A DNA stretch of 43,509 nucleotides, from contig JAWCKR010000010.1 in the NCBI GenBank assembly GCA_038851755.1, forward strand, positions 1-43,509. Direction: 5' to 3'. This document shows positions 1-8,429 of this stretch, one piece after another (the stretch's first letter is position 1; each line of letters begins with the position of its first letter). Source of the stretch: Candidatus Hadarchaeales archaeon (GTDB lineage: Archaea; Hadarchaeota; Hadarchaeia; Hadarchaeales; WYZ-LMO6). The position numbers and the translations under genes were made by a program. The notes under the pieces were generated by a model, which saw nothing but the letters and a program-made list of their open reading frames with translations, did not search any database and was not told where the DNA came from.

Positions 1-248
1 TTGCCGTGCTGTACGTTGATCCCGTGAACTCCACGGTTACACCGCCAGGACCAACTTGCGGACCGGGTGGTTGCTGCCCTCCTGGCTGGTCTTCCGGGGG
101 CCGACCAGGGAGCTGGTTCTCCGCCTCATGTGGGCCGGAAAAGACCAGAAAACCGCCAACGCCCACCGCCAGCACCACAATCAGCAAAACCAAGATGATG
201 GGGGTGGTAATCCCCCGGGAATACTGCATTATCTCTGTCCTCTTTCAT
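1..248 (-). CDS. Partial surface/secreted protein with class III-like signal peptide (runs off the window start)
   Basis: My translation from ATG at 248: MKEDRDNAVFRG|ITTPIILVLLIVVLAVGVGGFLVF, then a P/G/Q-rich linker; no stop before position 1; absent from the ORF track. Confidence 0.7.
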
Positions 249-346
249 ACGCCCCTTAAAATATTTTACATGCAGTTCCTCCCCACACCCCGTGAAAGAA
301 CCGTGGTATTTCCTCCCTAAAAGGGGGTTCCTTCACAACCCCTCCG

Positions 347-721
347 ATGGACGAGAGAGGGGCGATGGACATACCCATCAAGCTGGTGATAGCCCTGGCG
401 GTGGGGGCAATCTCCATGGGGGTCCTGACCCAGTTCGTGAACGTCTCCGAGAGGATGGTGTGGAGGGACATGAGGGTGCTCCTCTCCTACAGGGGAGGAG
501 GATCCCTGCAGGTGAGCATCTTCGACGCCGAGACGGGACAGCCCCTCAACGGAGCCACGGTGGAGGTGAGGTACCCTGGAGGTATGAAGCTCCACACCCT
601 CGGCTCCTCCTCCAGCAGCTACACCTTCCGCCTCCCCACGAGCGGGACACCCTATCTGGCCACGGTGAGGGTGACGCACCAGGGATACCTCCCGTGGGAA
701 AGCCAAGTAGCGGTGGAGTAA
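347..721 (+). CDS. Pilin-like protein (class III signal peptide) with a C-terminal beta-rich, carboxypeptidase-regulatory-like region
   Basis: MDERG|AMDIPIKLVIALAVGAISM; later the motif DAETGQPLNGATVEV...GY. Confidence 0.7.
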   Translation: MDERGAMDIPIKLVIALAVGAISMGVLTQFVNVSERMVWRDMRVLLSYRGGGSLQVSIFDAETGQPLNGATVEVRYPGGMKLHTLGSSSSSYTFRLPTSGTPYLATVRVTHQGYLPWESQVAVE

Positions 722-725
722 GGAG

Positions 726-1115
726 ATGGACTCCTTCCCCGTCGTGCTCCTCCTCGGTCTCTTCCTCGCCCTCTCCACCCTCTCCCTGGGACTCGTGGGG
801 ATGGAGAGGCTCAGGGAGAGGGAGGGGAAGGAGAAGGCCGTGCTTGGCCTGCAGCTCTTCCTGCGGGAGGTGAAGGCCCTGGCCCTCTCCTCCCCTGGCA
901 GCGGGAGGGAGGTGGAGCTTGAGCTCGGGGAGGGGGAACTGCTGGTGCTGGAGGGGAAGGTGGAGCTGTGGTTCAGGGGGAAGAAGGCGGGGGAGGGGAT
1001 ACCGGCCCTCCCCCTCCACCCCCATCCTCTCCTCCTGAGGGAGGGAAGATACCTCCTCAGGCTGGAGAGGGGCGAGGACTTCAGGGTCCTGGTCCTCCCC
1101 GTTTCCGGCTCTTAA
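726..1115 (+). CDS. Hypothetical N-terminally anchored protein, minor-pilin-like
   Basis: Single N-terminal hydrophobic helix, then an amphipathic helix and beta-rich part (SPGSGREVELEL); AGGAG upstream; 4 bp after the previous gene. Confidence 0.6.
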   Translation: MDSFPVVLLLGLFLALSTLSLGLVGMERLREREGKEKAVLGLQLFLREVKALALSSPGSGREVELELGEGELLVLEGKVELWFRGKKAGEGIPALPLHPHPLLLREGRYLLRLERGEDFRVLVLPVSGS

Positions 1116-1139
1116 GGAAGAGGGAACCAAGCGCGTGGG

Positions 1140-1547
1140 ATGGGAAGCCTGCACCTCTTCCTCTCCTGCAAGGCCGCTGCCGCCTTGGCCTCCATGCTCC
1201 TCTTCATTTGCTGCGTCCACCTCCACTCCACCCTCGAAAGGGAGGGAGAGAGGGAGGGAGCCAGGGAGCTGGCCAGGGGATTGGTGAGGATCCTGGAGGT
1301 GACCTCCCTCCTACCCGGGGAAGGGAGGGTGGAGGTCCTCCTCCCACCCCTGCAAGGAGAGCTCCTGCTCGAGGGCAGGGGAGAAGGGGGAAGGCAGGTG
1401 GTGGAGGTCTGGTACCGGGGGGAGCTGCTCCTCTCTTCCCTCCTCCCCATGCGGGTGGGGGAAGGCTTCTTCCGAGAGCACCTCTCCCCTCCCTGTGCCC
1501 TCCTCGTGACCAGGAGGGAGAACCTCCTGCTCCTGGATGGGGGGTGA
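1140..1547 (+). CDS. Hypothetical N-terminally anchored protein, minor-pilin-like
   Basis: Hydrophobic N-terminus; LPGEGRVEVLLP resembles the matching segment of the upstream ORF; operon position. Confidence 0.55.
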   Translation: MGSLHLFLSCKAAAALASMLLFICCVHLHSTLEREGEREGARELARGLVRILEVTSLLPGEGRVEVLLPPLQGELLLEGRGEGGRQVVEVWYRGELLLSSLLPMRVGEGFFREHLSPPCALLVTRRENLLLLDGG

Positions 1548-1869
1548 GGGCACGGAGGACCTCTGTGCCTGGCTGGTGGTGCTCCTTCTCCTCTCTTCCT
1601 TCCTCCATTCCCTCTTTTCCTTCTGGGGGAACCTCGCGGAGGAACCGGGGGAGGAGGTGAGGAGGACCGAGAGGGCCCTCTCCCGGCTCTCCGGGGAACC
1701 CTGTCTCCTCGAGGACCTGGGGAGGGTGGAACCCGGCACGGGGGTTTGGAGGGAAGGGGAAAAGCTGGCGGGAGGGGAAAAACCCCCTGGGACCAGGACC
1801 GTGATGCTCCCCGCCGCCCTCAGAAAGGGCTTCTCCGTCCTCCTGGTGGAGGTGGAAGCCTGGGAGTGA
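1537..1869 (+). CDS. Hypothetical N-terminally anchored protein
   Basis: Hydrophobic helix LCAWLVVLLLLSSFL; C-terminal strand LLVEVEAW; overlaps both neighbours. Confidence 0.55.
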   Translation: MGGEGTEDLCAWLVVLLLLSSFLHSLFSFWGNLAEEPGEEVRRTERALSRLSGEPCLLEDLGRVEPGTGVWREGEKLAGGEKPPGTRTVMLPAALRKGFSVLLVEVEAWE

Positions 1870-2330
1870 GGGGGATAGCAGCCCTCCTGGACCTGGTCCT
1901 CTTCTCCCTCCTGGTCTCCACCGCCTGCCTCCCCCTCCACCTCCTCCCCCCCGACCAGGAGGAGAGAACTGCTTCCTCCTTCGGTAGCCACCTGGCGCTG
2001 GCCCTCCAGTCCGTCACCCTCGACTCGCTGGGCCTGACCGGAGGGCTCAGCTACAAGACGGTACTCGGGGTGCTGGCCGAGGAAGCCGTGCTGGGCAGGG
2101 AGGAGGTGGGGGAGAAGCTCGAGGAGGCGCTGGAAGGGCTGTGCAGGGGGAGGTGGATCTGCACGCTCAGGGTGGAGGTCCTTCAGCCCCAAGGAAGAAC
2201 CATCCTGCTGGAGCTCTCCACCGGAAAGACGGAAGGGAGGAAGAGGGTCTACTCCACCCTCCTCCACCGCACCCTCCCACCTCCCGAGGCTGGAAGGGTG
2301 GACGTGAGGCTGGAGCTGTGGTCCCTTTGA
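1866..2330 (+). CDS. Pilin-like protein (class III signal peptide)
   Basis: GTG at 1866 overlaps the previous TGA (GTGA); MRG|IAALLDLVLFSLLVS; C-terminal VRLELW parallels the previous ORF; the ORF-track start at 1746 is probably too long. Confidence 0.65.
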   Translation: MRGIAALLDLVLFSLLVSTACLPLHLLPPDQEERTASSFGSHLALALQSVTLDSLGLTGGLSYKTVLGVLAEEAVLGREEVGEKLEEALEGLCRGRWICTLRVEVLQPQGRTILLELSTGKTEGRKRVYSTLLHRTLPPPEAGRVDVRLELWSL

Positions 2331-4012
2331 GAGGTTTCTTCCCCCTCGCGGCCTCCGGGCTCCTGCTCCTCCTCCTCTCCCTCACCCTCTCCCTCCAGGC
2401 CGTGAAACTGGAACACGCCCGCTCCTCCCTCTCCCTCCACGAGACCTCCCTGCAGGAGCTCGTGCTGTCGGGGGTGAACACCAGGAACGACCTCAGGGAC
2501 CTCTGCAGGCACGCCACCTACCAGGCCCTTTGGGAGGTGGGCAGGAGGGCCTCCTCCTACCGAACGGGGGAGGAGAGGAGGGAGGCCGTGGAGAACCTCG
2601 CCAGGGACCTCTTCTCGACCCTCCTCCCCCTCCTCCCCTCCCTCTACTCGGAAGTCGACGGACGCCTCCTCTTCCTCCCCGGTGGGAAGGTGGGGTTCCA
2701 CCTTTCCCCGCTCGAGAACGGCTTCTGCCTCCTGAGGGTGGAGATGCCGGGAAGCTCCCTTCACGTGACCTCCCCAGACCGCTCCTCCTCCCTCCTCCTC
2801 TCCCTCGAGGAGCTTGAGGTCTTCATCGACTCCAGGTTCTTCCTCCTGCAGGAGAGGATGGACCTTTTCCTGAAACGCCTGGGGGAGGTGGGAAGGGAAT
2901 GGAGGAACGTCCAGTACCTGCAGGCCTGGGGACAGGCCCTCTCGGCGAGGAAGGTGGAGCTCTCACCCTCCTTCGCAAAGGAGAGCCTCCTCGCGGCCTG
3001 GTCGGCACAGGAACTAGGGACCTTCGGCTCCTTCGACTACACCTCCTTTCTCCCCCGCTCCCTTCCCTCCCCTCCACCGGACCGGAGGGAGGTCCTGGAC
3101 CTGCTGTGGAGCCTGAAAGAAAGGACCGAGCGCCTCCAAAGGGGGCTGGAGGAGGAAGCGACCAGGTGGAGGGAGAACCTCCCCCCTTCCCCGGTGCTGG
3201 AGACCCTGGAAAGGACCGTGAAAGAGCTGGAGGGATTGGAGGAGGAATACCAGAAGCTTTCCTCGCTCGCGGAAAGCTCGGGGGATCCTCTCGTGGGAAT
3301 GCTCTCCAGGAGCAACCTTGAGGGGTCCCATCCTTCCTTTCTGCTCAGGCTCCGCTGGAACCTCTCCGGGGTGAGGCACCTCCTCCTCTCCCTGGAGGAA
3401 AGAACAAGAGGAGGGGAGAACTCTGCCTCGCTGGCCTCCTCCCTCGACGGCCTCCTCTCCCTCCCCCCTCCCCTCAGGGAGCTGGATGGGGTGCCCGTGT
3501 GCGTGGAAGGGGAAAACCAGGGGAACCTGGCCTCCCTCCGCCTCCTGCTCGGGAAGGCCCTGGAGGAGTTCGGTGGGCTGGCCGAAATCCCCGAGCCCTT
3601 CCCCCCGATGGGCGAACTCCCTTCCTTCGCCCTTCCCATCCGCCGGGAGGACCTCCTCCTCTTCCCTCCCCCTCCCCTCAGGGAGGACCCCGGCCTCTCC
3701 GTGCTCAGGGAGCTGGAGGTCAAGGAGGTGAGGTTCCGGCGGGAGGACCCTTCCGGTCTCCTGGGCCTCCCCTCCGCCACCCCTCTCGTCCTCCCCTTCC
3801 TGGGGGTGAGGGTGTGGTGGGCCCAGTGGAGGACGGAGGTGGTGCTGGAGAGGGAACCCGTGGAGGAAATCCTGGACTACCGTTATCCCTCCCTCCTCCT
3901 CCCCTGTCTCTCCTCCCGCGTGCCGTTGGCCTACCGCTTCGAGATCCCCAGGAGAAAGTTCGAGACGAGGGTGGTGGTCTTCAGCCCCTGGCTCTTCTCG
4001 GTCTCTTCCTGA
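2327..4012 (+). CDS. Large pilin-like/adhesin-like protein (class III signal peptide, central coiled coil)
   Basis: TTG at 2327 overlaps the previous TGA (TTGA); MRG|FFPLAASGLLLLLLSL; 561 aa. Confidence 0.65.
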   Translation: MRGFFPLAASGLLLLLLSLTLSLQAVKLEHARSSLSLHETSLQELVLSGVNTRNDLRDLCRHATYQALWEVGRRASSYRTGEERREAVENLARDLFSTLLPLLPSLYSEVDGRLLFLPGGKVGFHLSPLENGFCLLRVEMPGSSLHVTSPDRSSSLLLSLEELEVFIDSRFFLLQERMDLFLKRLGEVGREWRNVQYLQAWGQALSARKVELSPSFAKESLLAAWSAQELGTFGSFDYTSFLPRSLPSPPPDRREVLDLLWSLKERTERLQRGLEEEATRWRENLPPSPVLETLERTVKELEGLEEEYQKLSSLAESSGDPLVGMLSRSNLEGSHPSFLLRLRWNLSGVRHLLLSLEERTRGGENSASLASSLDGLLSLPPPLRELDGVPVCVEGENQGNLASLRLLLGKALEEFGGLAEIPEPFPPMGELPSFALPIRREDLLLFPPPPLREDPGLSVLRELEVKEVRFRREDPSGLLGLPSATPLVLPFLGVRVWWAQWRTEVVLEREPVEEILDYRYPSLLLPCLSSRVPLAYRFEIPRRKFETRVVVFSPWLFSVSS

Positions 4013-4304
4013 GTTCCTCCCTCAGCCCCTCCACCTCCCGGAGGAGGAGGTCGAAGCGGGAACCCATCTCCCTCCTCAGGGATTCGAACTCCGGCTTCAG
4101 CCTGAGGAGGAGCTCCCCGGCGAGGTGGGAGGGCCTCGCCTCCAGCCCTGACTCCTCGAACTCTGCCCTCACGTGGTCCATGAGGAGGTGGACCTCCTCC
4201 CCGAAGACCCCTGCCCCCGCCAGCACCTCGTAGATCTCCTCCCTCGAGAAGCCCATCCTGAGCATGGACCTCATGAGGTCCGAGACCGATACTCCCTTCC
4301 CCAT
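3981..4304 (-). CDS. Hypothetical protein with C-terminal coiled coil
   Basis: 107-aa ORF with host-like codon usage. Confidence 0.6.
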   Translation of the reverse strand: MGKGVSVSDLMRSMLRMGFSREEIYEVLAGAGVFGEEVHLLMDHVRAEFEESGLEARPSHLAGELLLRLKPEFESLRREMGSRFDLLLREVEGLREELRKRPRRARG

Positions 4305-4340
4305 CGAAAGGGGTTAGGCTGGAGGGGAGCCAAAAAGAGA

Positions 4341-4354
4341 CAAAACCTTTATCC
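4341..4354 (+). promoter_or_regulatory. Putative BRE/TATA promoter of the tRNA gene
   Basis: CAAAACCTTTATCC about 25 bp upstream of the tRNA 5' end. Confidence 0.45.
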
Positions 4355-4378
4355 AGGACCCGACAAAGGAAAAAAGGT

Positions 4379-4475
4379 AGCGGGGTAGGGCAGCGTGGAG
4401 TGCCCGCCGGGCTCATAGGAGTTTTCCCGCGGAGAAACCCGGAGGTCGGAGGTTCAAGTCCTCCCCCCGCTACCA
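4379..4475 (+). tRNA. Initiator tRNA-Met (CAT) with a 19-nt intron at 37/38 (4418-4436) and encoded CCA
   Basis: Acceptor AGCGGGG/CCCCGCT-A-CCA with A1:U72; anticodon stem CCGGG/CCCGG with three consecutive G:C pairs; CAT at 4414-4416; T-loop GTTCAAG. Confidence 0.93.
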
Positions 4476-5603
4476 CTACAGGTACCCTGCCTTGTAGAGG
4501 TACTCCGCCGCCAGCACAGCTCCCCTCGCCGCCCCCAGCTCCGTGTTGTGGGAGAGGACGGTGTACTGGAAGCATCTCTCGAAAGCCGTGGCCTCCACCC
4601 CTCCCACCACGGCCACCATTCCCCTCTCCCTGAGGGAGTCGAACCTGGGCTGTGGGCGGTCCACCTCCTCCACCACCACGATCGGGCGGGAGGGGGCGTT
4701 CGGAAGCCTCAACCTCTGCGGCTCCCCCTCGAAGCTCCTCCAGCACTCCTTTAGCTCCTCCACCCTGGCCTCCCTGGAGAGGGTGACGAACACGGATTCC
4801 GTGTGCCCCTCCAGCACGGGCACCCTGTTGCACTTGCAGGCTATCCTGAACCCAGCGGGCTGGATCCTCCCTCCCTCGAGTTTCCCAAGCAGCCTCACCG
4901 TTTCCTTCCTGACCTTCTCCTCCTCCCCCTTGATGTAAGGGATCACGTTCCCCTCGAAGGTGAGGGGGGAATACTCCTCCAGGGGCCCAGGGAGGGCCAC
5001 GCCCTGCCTCCTCCTCTGCTCCGCCCAGCGGGAGACGGCCTCGTAACCCGCACCCGAGACCGCCTGCATGGAGGCCATGATCACCCCTTCCAGCCCGAAG
5101 GCGTCGTAAAGGGGCTTGAGGGAGAGGGCCAGCCCTATGGTGGTGCAGTTGGGCTGCGGCACCACGAAACCCTTCCACCCCCTCCTGCGCCTCTGCTCCT
5201 CGATCACAGGGGCGTGGGACTCGTTCACGGAGGGAAGGTAGGTGAAGCTGTCCTCGAAGTACCGGTATGCGGAGGCCGTGCTCACGACCGGCTTCTCCTT
5301 CGCCACCTTTCCCTCTATCTCCAGCGCGACCTCCGAGGGCAGGGCCGAAAAGAAGAAGGACGCTTCGTTCCCGATCTCCTCCAGGCTCTTCACCTCCATC
5401 TCCAGGATCTCAGGCTTGGGCTGTTCGCGGTAGAACCACCTGGAGCCCTCCCGGCCGTAGCCCAGGGCCTCGGCGTAGGTCTTGCCCGCGGACCTGGAGG
5501 AGGCGTAGAGCTCCTCCACCCTGAACCAGGGATGATCCTGAAGGCTCAGGATGAACTTCTGCCCCACCTCGCCGGTGGCCCCGAGGATGGCTACGGACCT
5601 CAT
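4476..5603 (-). CDS. asd: Aspartate-semialdehyde dehydrogenase (archaeal type)
   Basis: AILGATGEVGQ Rossmann motif, QPNCTT catalytic Cys, QAVSGAG, RVPVLEGH, HNTELGAA. Confidence 0.9.
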   Translation of the reverse strand: MRSVAILGATGEVGQKFILSLQDHPWFRVEELYASSRSAGKTYAEALGYGREGSRWFYREQPKPEILEMEVKSLEEIGNEASFFFSALPSEVALEIEGKVAKEKPVVSTASAYRYFEDSFTYLPSVNESHAPVIEEQRRRRGWKGFVVPQPNCTTIGLALSLKPLYDAFGLEGVIMASMQAVSGAGYEAVSRWAEQRRRQGVALPGPLEEYSPLTFEGNVIPYIKGEEEKVRKETVRLLGKLEGGRIQPAGFRIACKCNRVPVLEGHTESVFVTLSREARVEELKECWRSFEGEPQRLRLPNAPSRPIVVVEEVDRPQPRFDSLRERGMVAVVGGVEATAFERCFQYTVLSHNTELGAARGAVLAAEYLYKAGYL

Positions 5604-5701
5604 CCTTTCCCTCTCTCCCACCCACGTTAAAAATCTCAACGGAAAGGAATGATCAAAAACTGAACATGAGCCAAACTTTTTACCAAAACCGACCTCCCTA
5701 G

Positions 5702-7258
5702 GTGAGGGCCATGAAGGATATGGGAGGGAGGAAGGAAGACACCATCCTCGTCCTGGATTTCGGCGGGCAGTACTCGCACCTCATAAGGAGGAGGATAAGG
5801 GAAGAGGGCGTGCAGGCCGAACTCGTTCCCCCCGACATAAGCCCCGAGGAAATCCTCTCCAGGCAGGGTGTGAAGGGGATCGTCCTTTCGGGTGGTCCCT
5901 CCAGCATCTACGAGAAGGACGCGCCTCGCTGCGACAGGAGGATCCTCGACTTGGGGATACCCCTCCTCGGGATATGCTACGGCCACCAGCTCCTGGCGCA
6001 CTACCTGGGGGGGAGAGTGGAGAGGGCCAAGAAAAGGGAGTACGGCCTCACGGAGGTGCTCATAGACAGGAGGGCGGGGATCCTCAGGGGGCACGGAAGG
6101 GTCGAGAAGGTGTGGGCCAGTCACGGGGACACCGTCTTCAGCCTGCCCAGGGAGCTGGAGGTCCTCGCCCACACCGAGAACTGTCCCGTAGCCGCTTTCA
6201 GGCACAGGAGCAAGCCCATCTACGGCATTCAGTGGCACCCGGAGGTGACGCACACGCCCAAGGGGAAGCTGCTGCTGAGGAACTTCCTCTTCGAGGTGTG
6301 CGGCTGCAGGCCCACCTGGACCCCCCAGAACTTCATAGAGGCCTGCATAAGGGAGATAAGAGAGAAGGTCGGGAAGGGCAGGTGCATCATAGCCCTCAGC
6401 GGTGGTGTGGACTCCAGCACGGCCGCGGTGCTGGCGGCCAGAGCGATTGGCAGGAGGCTCACCGCCGTCTTCGTGGACCACGGGTTCATGAGGAAGGGGG
6501 AACCGGAGGAGATAGCGAGGACTTTCTCGAGGTTCAAGCTCAGCCTCATCTGCCTGAACGAGAGGAAAAGGTTCCTGGAAAAGCTGAAGGGGGTGACGGA
6601 ACCTGAGCTCAAGAGGAAAATCATAGGGGAGGAGTTCATCCGGGTCTTTGAGGAGGTGGCCGAGAAGGTGAAGGCCGAATATCTGATCCAGGGCACGATC
6701 TACCCGGACAGGATAGAATCGGGAACGAGGAAACACTCGGAGAAGATCAAAACGCACCACAACGTGGGTGGGCTCCCCTCCAAAATCAGGTTCAAGGGTA
6801 TAGTGGAACCCCTCAGGGACCTCTACAAGGACGAGGTGCGCAGGGTGGCCAGAGCGCTGGGCATACCCCGCCAGATCGTGGAAAGACAACCCTTCCCTGG
6901 GCCAGGGCTGGCCATACGGATGGTGGGTGAGGTAACAGAGGAAAAGCTGGAGCTGCTGAGGGAAGCGGACGAGATAGTGAGGGAGGAAATCGAAAGGGAG
7001 GGTCTGAAACCCTGGCAGTACTTCGCGGTGCTGCTCGACACCAGGTCCACGGGAGTGAAGGGGGACTCAAGGGCCTACGGGTACACACTGGCGGTGAGAG
7101 CGGTGGAGAGCACCGACGGCATGACCGCCAGCTACGCCAAGCTTCCCCACCCTCTCCTCGAGAGGATCTCCACCAGGATAACCAACGAGCTACCCGCCAT
7201 CAACAGGGTGGTTTACGATATAACCCACAAACCCCCTGCCACCATCGAGTGGGAATAG
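5702..7258 (+). CDS. guaA: GMP synthase, glutamine-hydrolysing (fused GATase and synthetase domains)
   Basis: [46 protein letters not shown]; the start could be 5711 or 5720. Confidence 0.97.
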   Translation: MRAMKDMGGRKEDTILVLDFGGQYSHLIRRRIREEGVQAELVPPDISPEEILSRQGVKGIVLSGGPSSIYEKDAPRCDRRILDLGIPLLGICYGHQLLAHYLGGRVERAKKREYGLTEVLIDRRAGILRGHGRVEKVWASHGDTVFSLPRELEVLAHTENCPVAAFRHRSKPIYGIQWHPEVTHTPKGKLLLRNFLFEVCGCRPTWTPQNFIEACIREIREKVGKGRCIIALSGGVDSSTAAVLAARAIGRRLTAVFVDHGFMRKGEPEEIARTFSRFKLSLICLNERKRFLEKLKGVTEPELKRKIIGEEFIRVFEEVAEKVKAEYLIQGTIYPDRIESGTRKHSEKIKTHHNVGGLPSKIRFKGIVEPLRDLYKDEVRRVARALGIPRQIVERQPFPGPGLAIRMVGEVTEEKLELLREADEIVREEIEREGLKPWQYFAVLLDTRSTGVKGDSRAYGYTLAVRAVESTDGMTASYAKLPHPLLERISTRITNELPAINRVVYDITHKPPATIEWE

Positions 7259-7305
7259 CCCGGCGCCCCGGCGGCCTTATTTACCCCGCCCTCCCCATCC
7301 TCAAG

Positions 7306-7422
7306 ATGCCCCGCCGGAAGTACGGAAGGATGGTCAAGCCCCTTCCTTCCCCTCCTCCTCCCGAGAAGTGCCGGTTCTGCAGGATGGGGGTGAGGTGCCC
7401 CTACCACGGCCCGAGGGAGTGA
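7306..7422 (+). CDS. Putative 38-aa zinc-finger micro-protein
   Basis: MPRRKYGRMVKPLPSPPPPEKCRFCRMGVRCPYHGPRE*; TTATTTA at 7277-7283 at leaderless spacing. Confidence 0.5.
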   Translation: MPRRKYGRMVKPLPSPPPPEKCRFCRMGVRCPYHGPRE

Positions 7423-7618
7423 GGGGTTCAAAATCACCGCATCCCTCCGCTATCTCCCTCATCCTGAGGAAAAGGACATGGTCCAGAGAGGAGTCCCTGC
7501 CCCAGCCGCAGCAGGGAGAGGGTCTCTCCAGGAGGAACTCGGGCAGCTCCAGCTTTCCCCTCAGAAGGCACCTGTAACCTTCCCTCTCGAACCACCTGCA
7601 GAGCCAGCAGCTACGCAT
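7334..7618 (-). CDS. Small Cys-rich hypothetical protein
   Basis: CWLC..C..CC..CGDF; its start overlaps the dapB stop by 8 bp. Confidence 0.5.
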   Translation of the reverse strand: MRSCWLCRWFEREGYRCLLRGKLELPEFLLERPSPCCGWGRDSSLDHVLFLRMREIAEGCGDFEPLTPSGRGRGTSPPSCRTGTSREEEGKEGA

Positions 7619-8429
7619 CCTTGAGACCCAGGACCTCTTCCATCCCCAGGATCTGCCCAGGCCTGCCCCTCTCCACCACGAACCTGATGGCCTTCAGCAC
7701 GCCCTCCGCGAAGGCCTCCCTCCCGTGGGCCCTGTGGGTGAGCTCTATCCTCTCCCCCGGCCCGGCGAAGACCACCGTGTGTTCCCCCACCACATCGCCC
7801 CCCCTGAGGGAGTGAACCACCACCTCCTCCCCCCTCGCCCCCTTGCCCTCTCCCCTCCCCACCCTCACCTGCGCGCCCCTGATCTCCGCCACGATCCTTG
7901 CCGCCCTGAGGGCGGTGCCGCTGGGGGCGTCCAGCTTGCCCCTGTGGTGGATCTCCACCACCTCCACGTCATACTCCTTGCCCAGTCTCTTCGCCAGTTC
8001 GGAGACCATTTTGAAAAAGAGGTTCACCCCCACCGCCATGTTGGGGGAGACCACGGCGGGGATGTTCCCCCTCCTCACCGCCTCCCCAAGCCTCTCCGTC
8101 TGCTGGGCTGAGAAGCCCGTGGTTCCCACCACCACGGGAACCCCCACCCTGGCCGCCGCCTCCACGTTGCTCACGGCCGACTCCGCCACCGTGAAGTCCA
8201 CCATCACCCCTGCCCCGCTCTTCCTCAGGACCTCCTCCAGCCTCTCCGCCCCCACCACCTCCACTCCCAGCCTCCCCACCCCCGCCACCTCCCCCGCGTC
8301 CTTCCCGAGGAAGGGGGTGCCTGGGGCTTCCACCGCTGCCACCAGCCTCATGTCTCCCTGCTCCGCGATCTTCCTCACCAGGACCCTGCCCATCCTTCCG
8401 CAGGCCCCGCAGAGACAGACCCCTATCAT
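7611..8429 (-). CDS. dapB: 4-hydroxy-tetrahydrodipicolinate reductase
   Basis: GACGRMG, VDFT, VGTTG, EIHHRGKLDAPSGTA, RGGDVVGEHTV. Confidence 0.97.
   Translation of the reverse strand: MIGVCLCGACGRMGRVLVRKIAEQGDMRLVAAVEAPGTPFLGKDAGEVAGVGRLGVEVVGAERLEEVLRKSGAGVMVDFTVAESAVSNVEAAARVGVPVVVGTTGFSAQQTERLGEAVRRGNIPAVVSPNMAVGVNLFFKMVSELAKRLGKEYDVEVVEIHHRGKLDAPSGTALRAARIVAEIRGAQVRVGRGEGKGARGEEVVVHSLRGGDVVGEHTVVFAGPGERIELTHRAHGREAFAEGVLKAIRFVVERGRPGQILGMEEVLGLKDA

Noticed and set aside
4379-4475. tRNA-Met as the integration site for the pilin operon
   Set aside because: No duplicated tRNA 3' end or integrase in the window, and the flanking genes have host-like composition
4476-5603. asd as malonyl-CoA or succinyl-CoA reductase (Asd paralogs)
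   Set aside because: dapB is nearby and no 3-hydroxypropionate-cycle genes are present, so Asd is the simpler call
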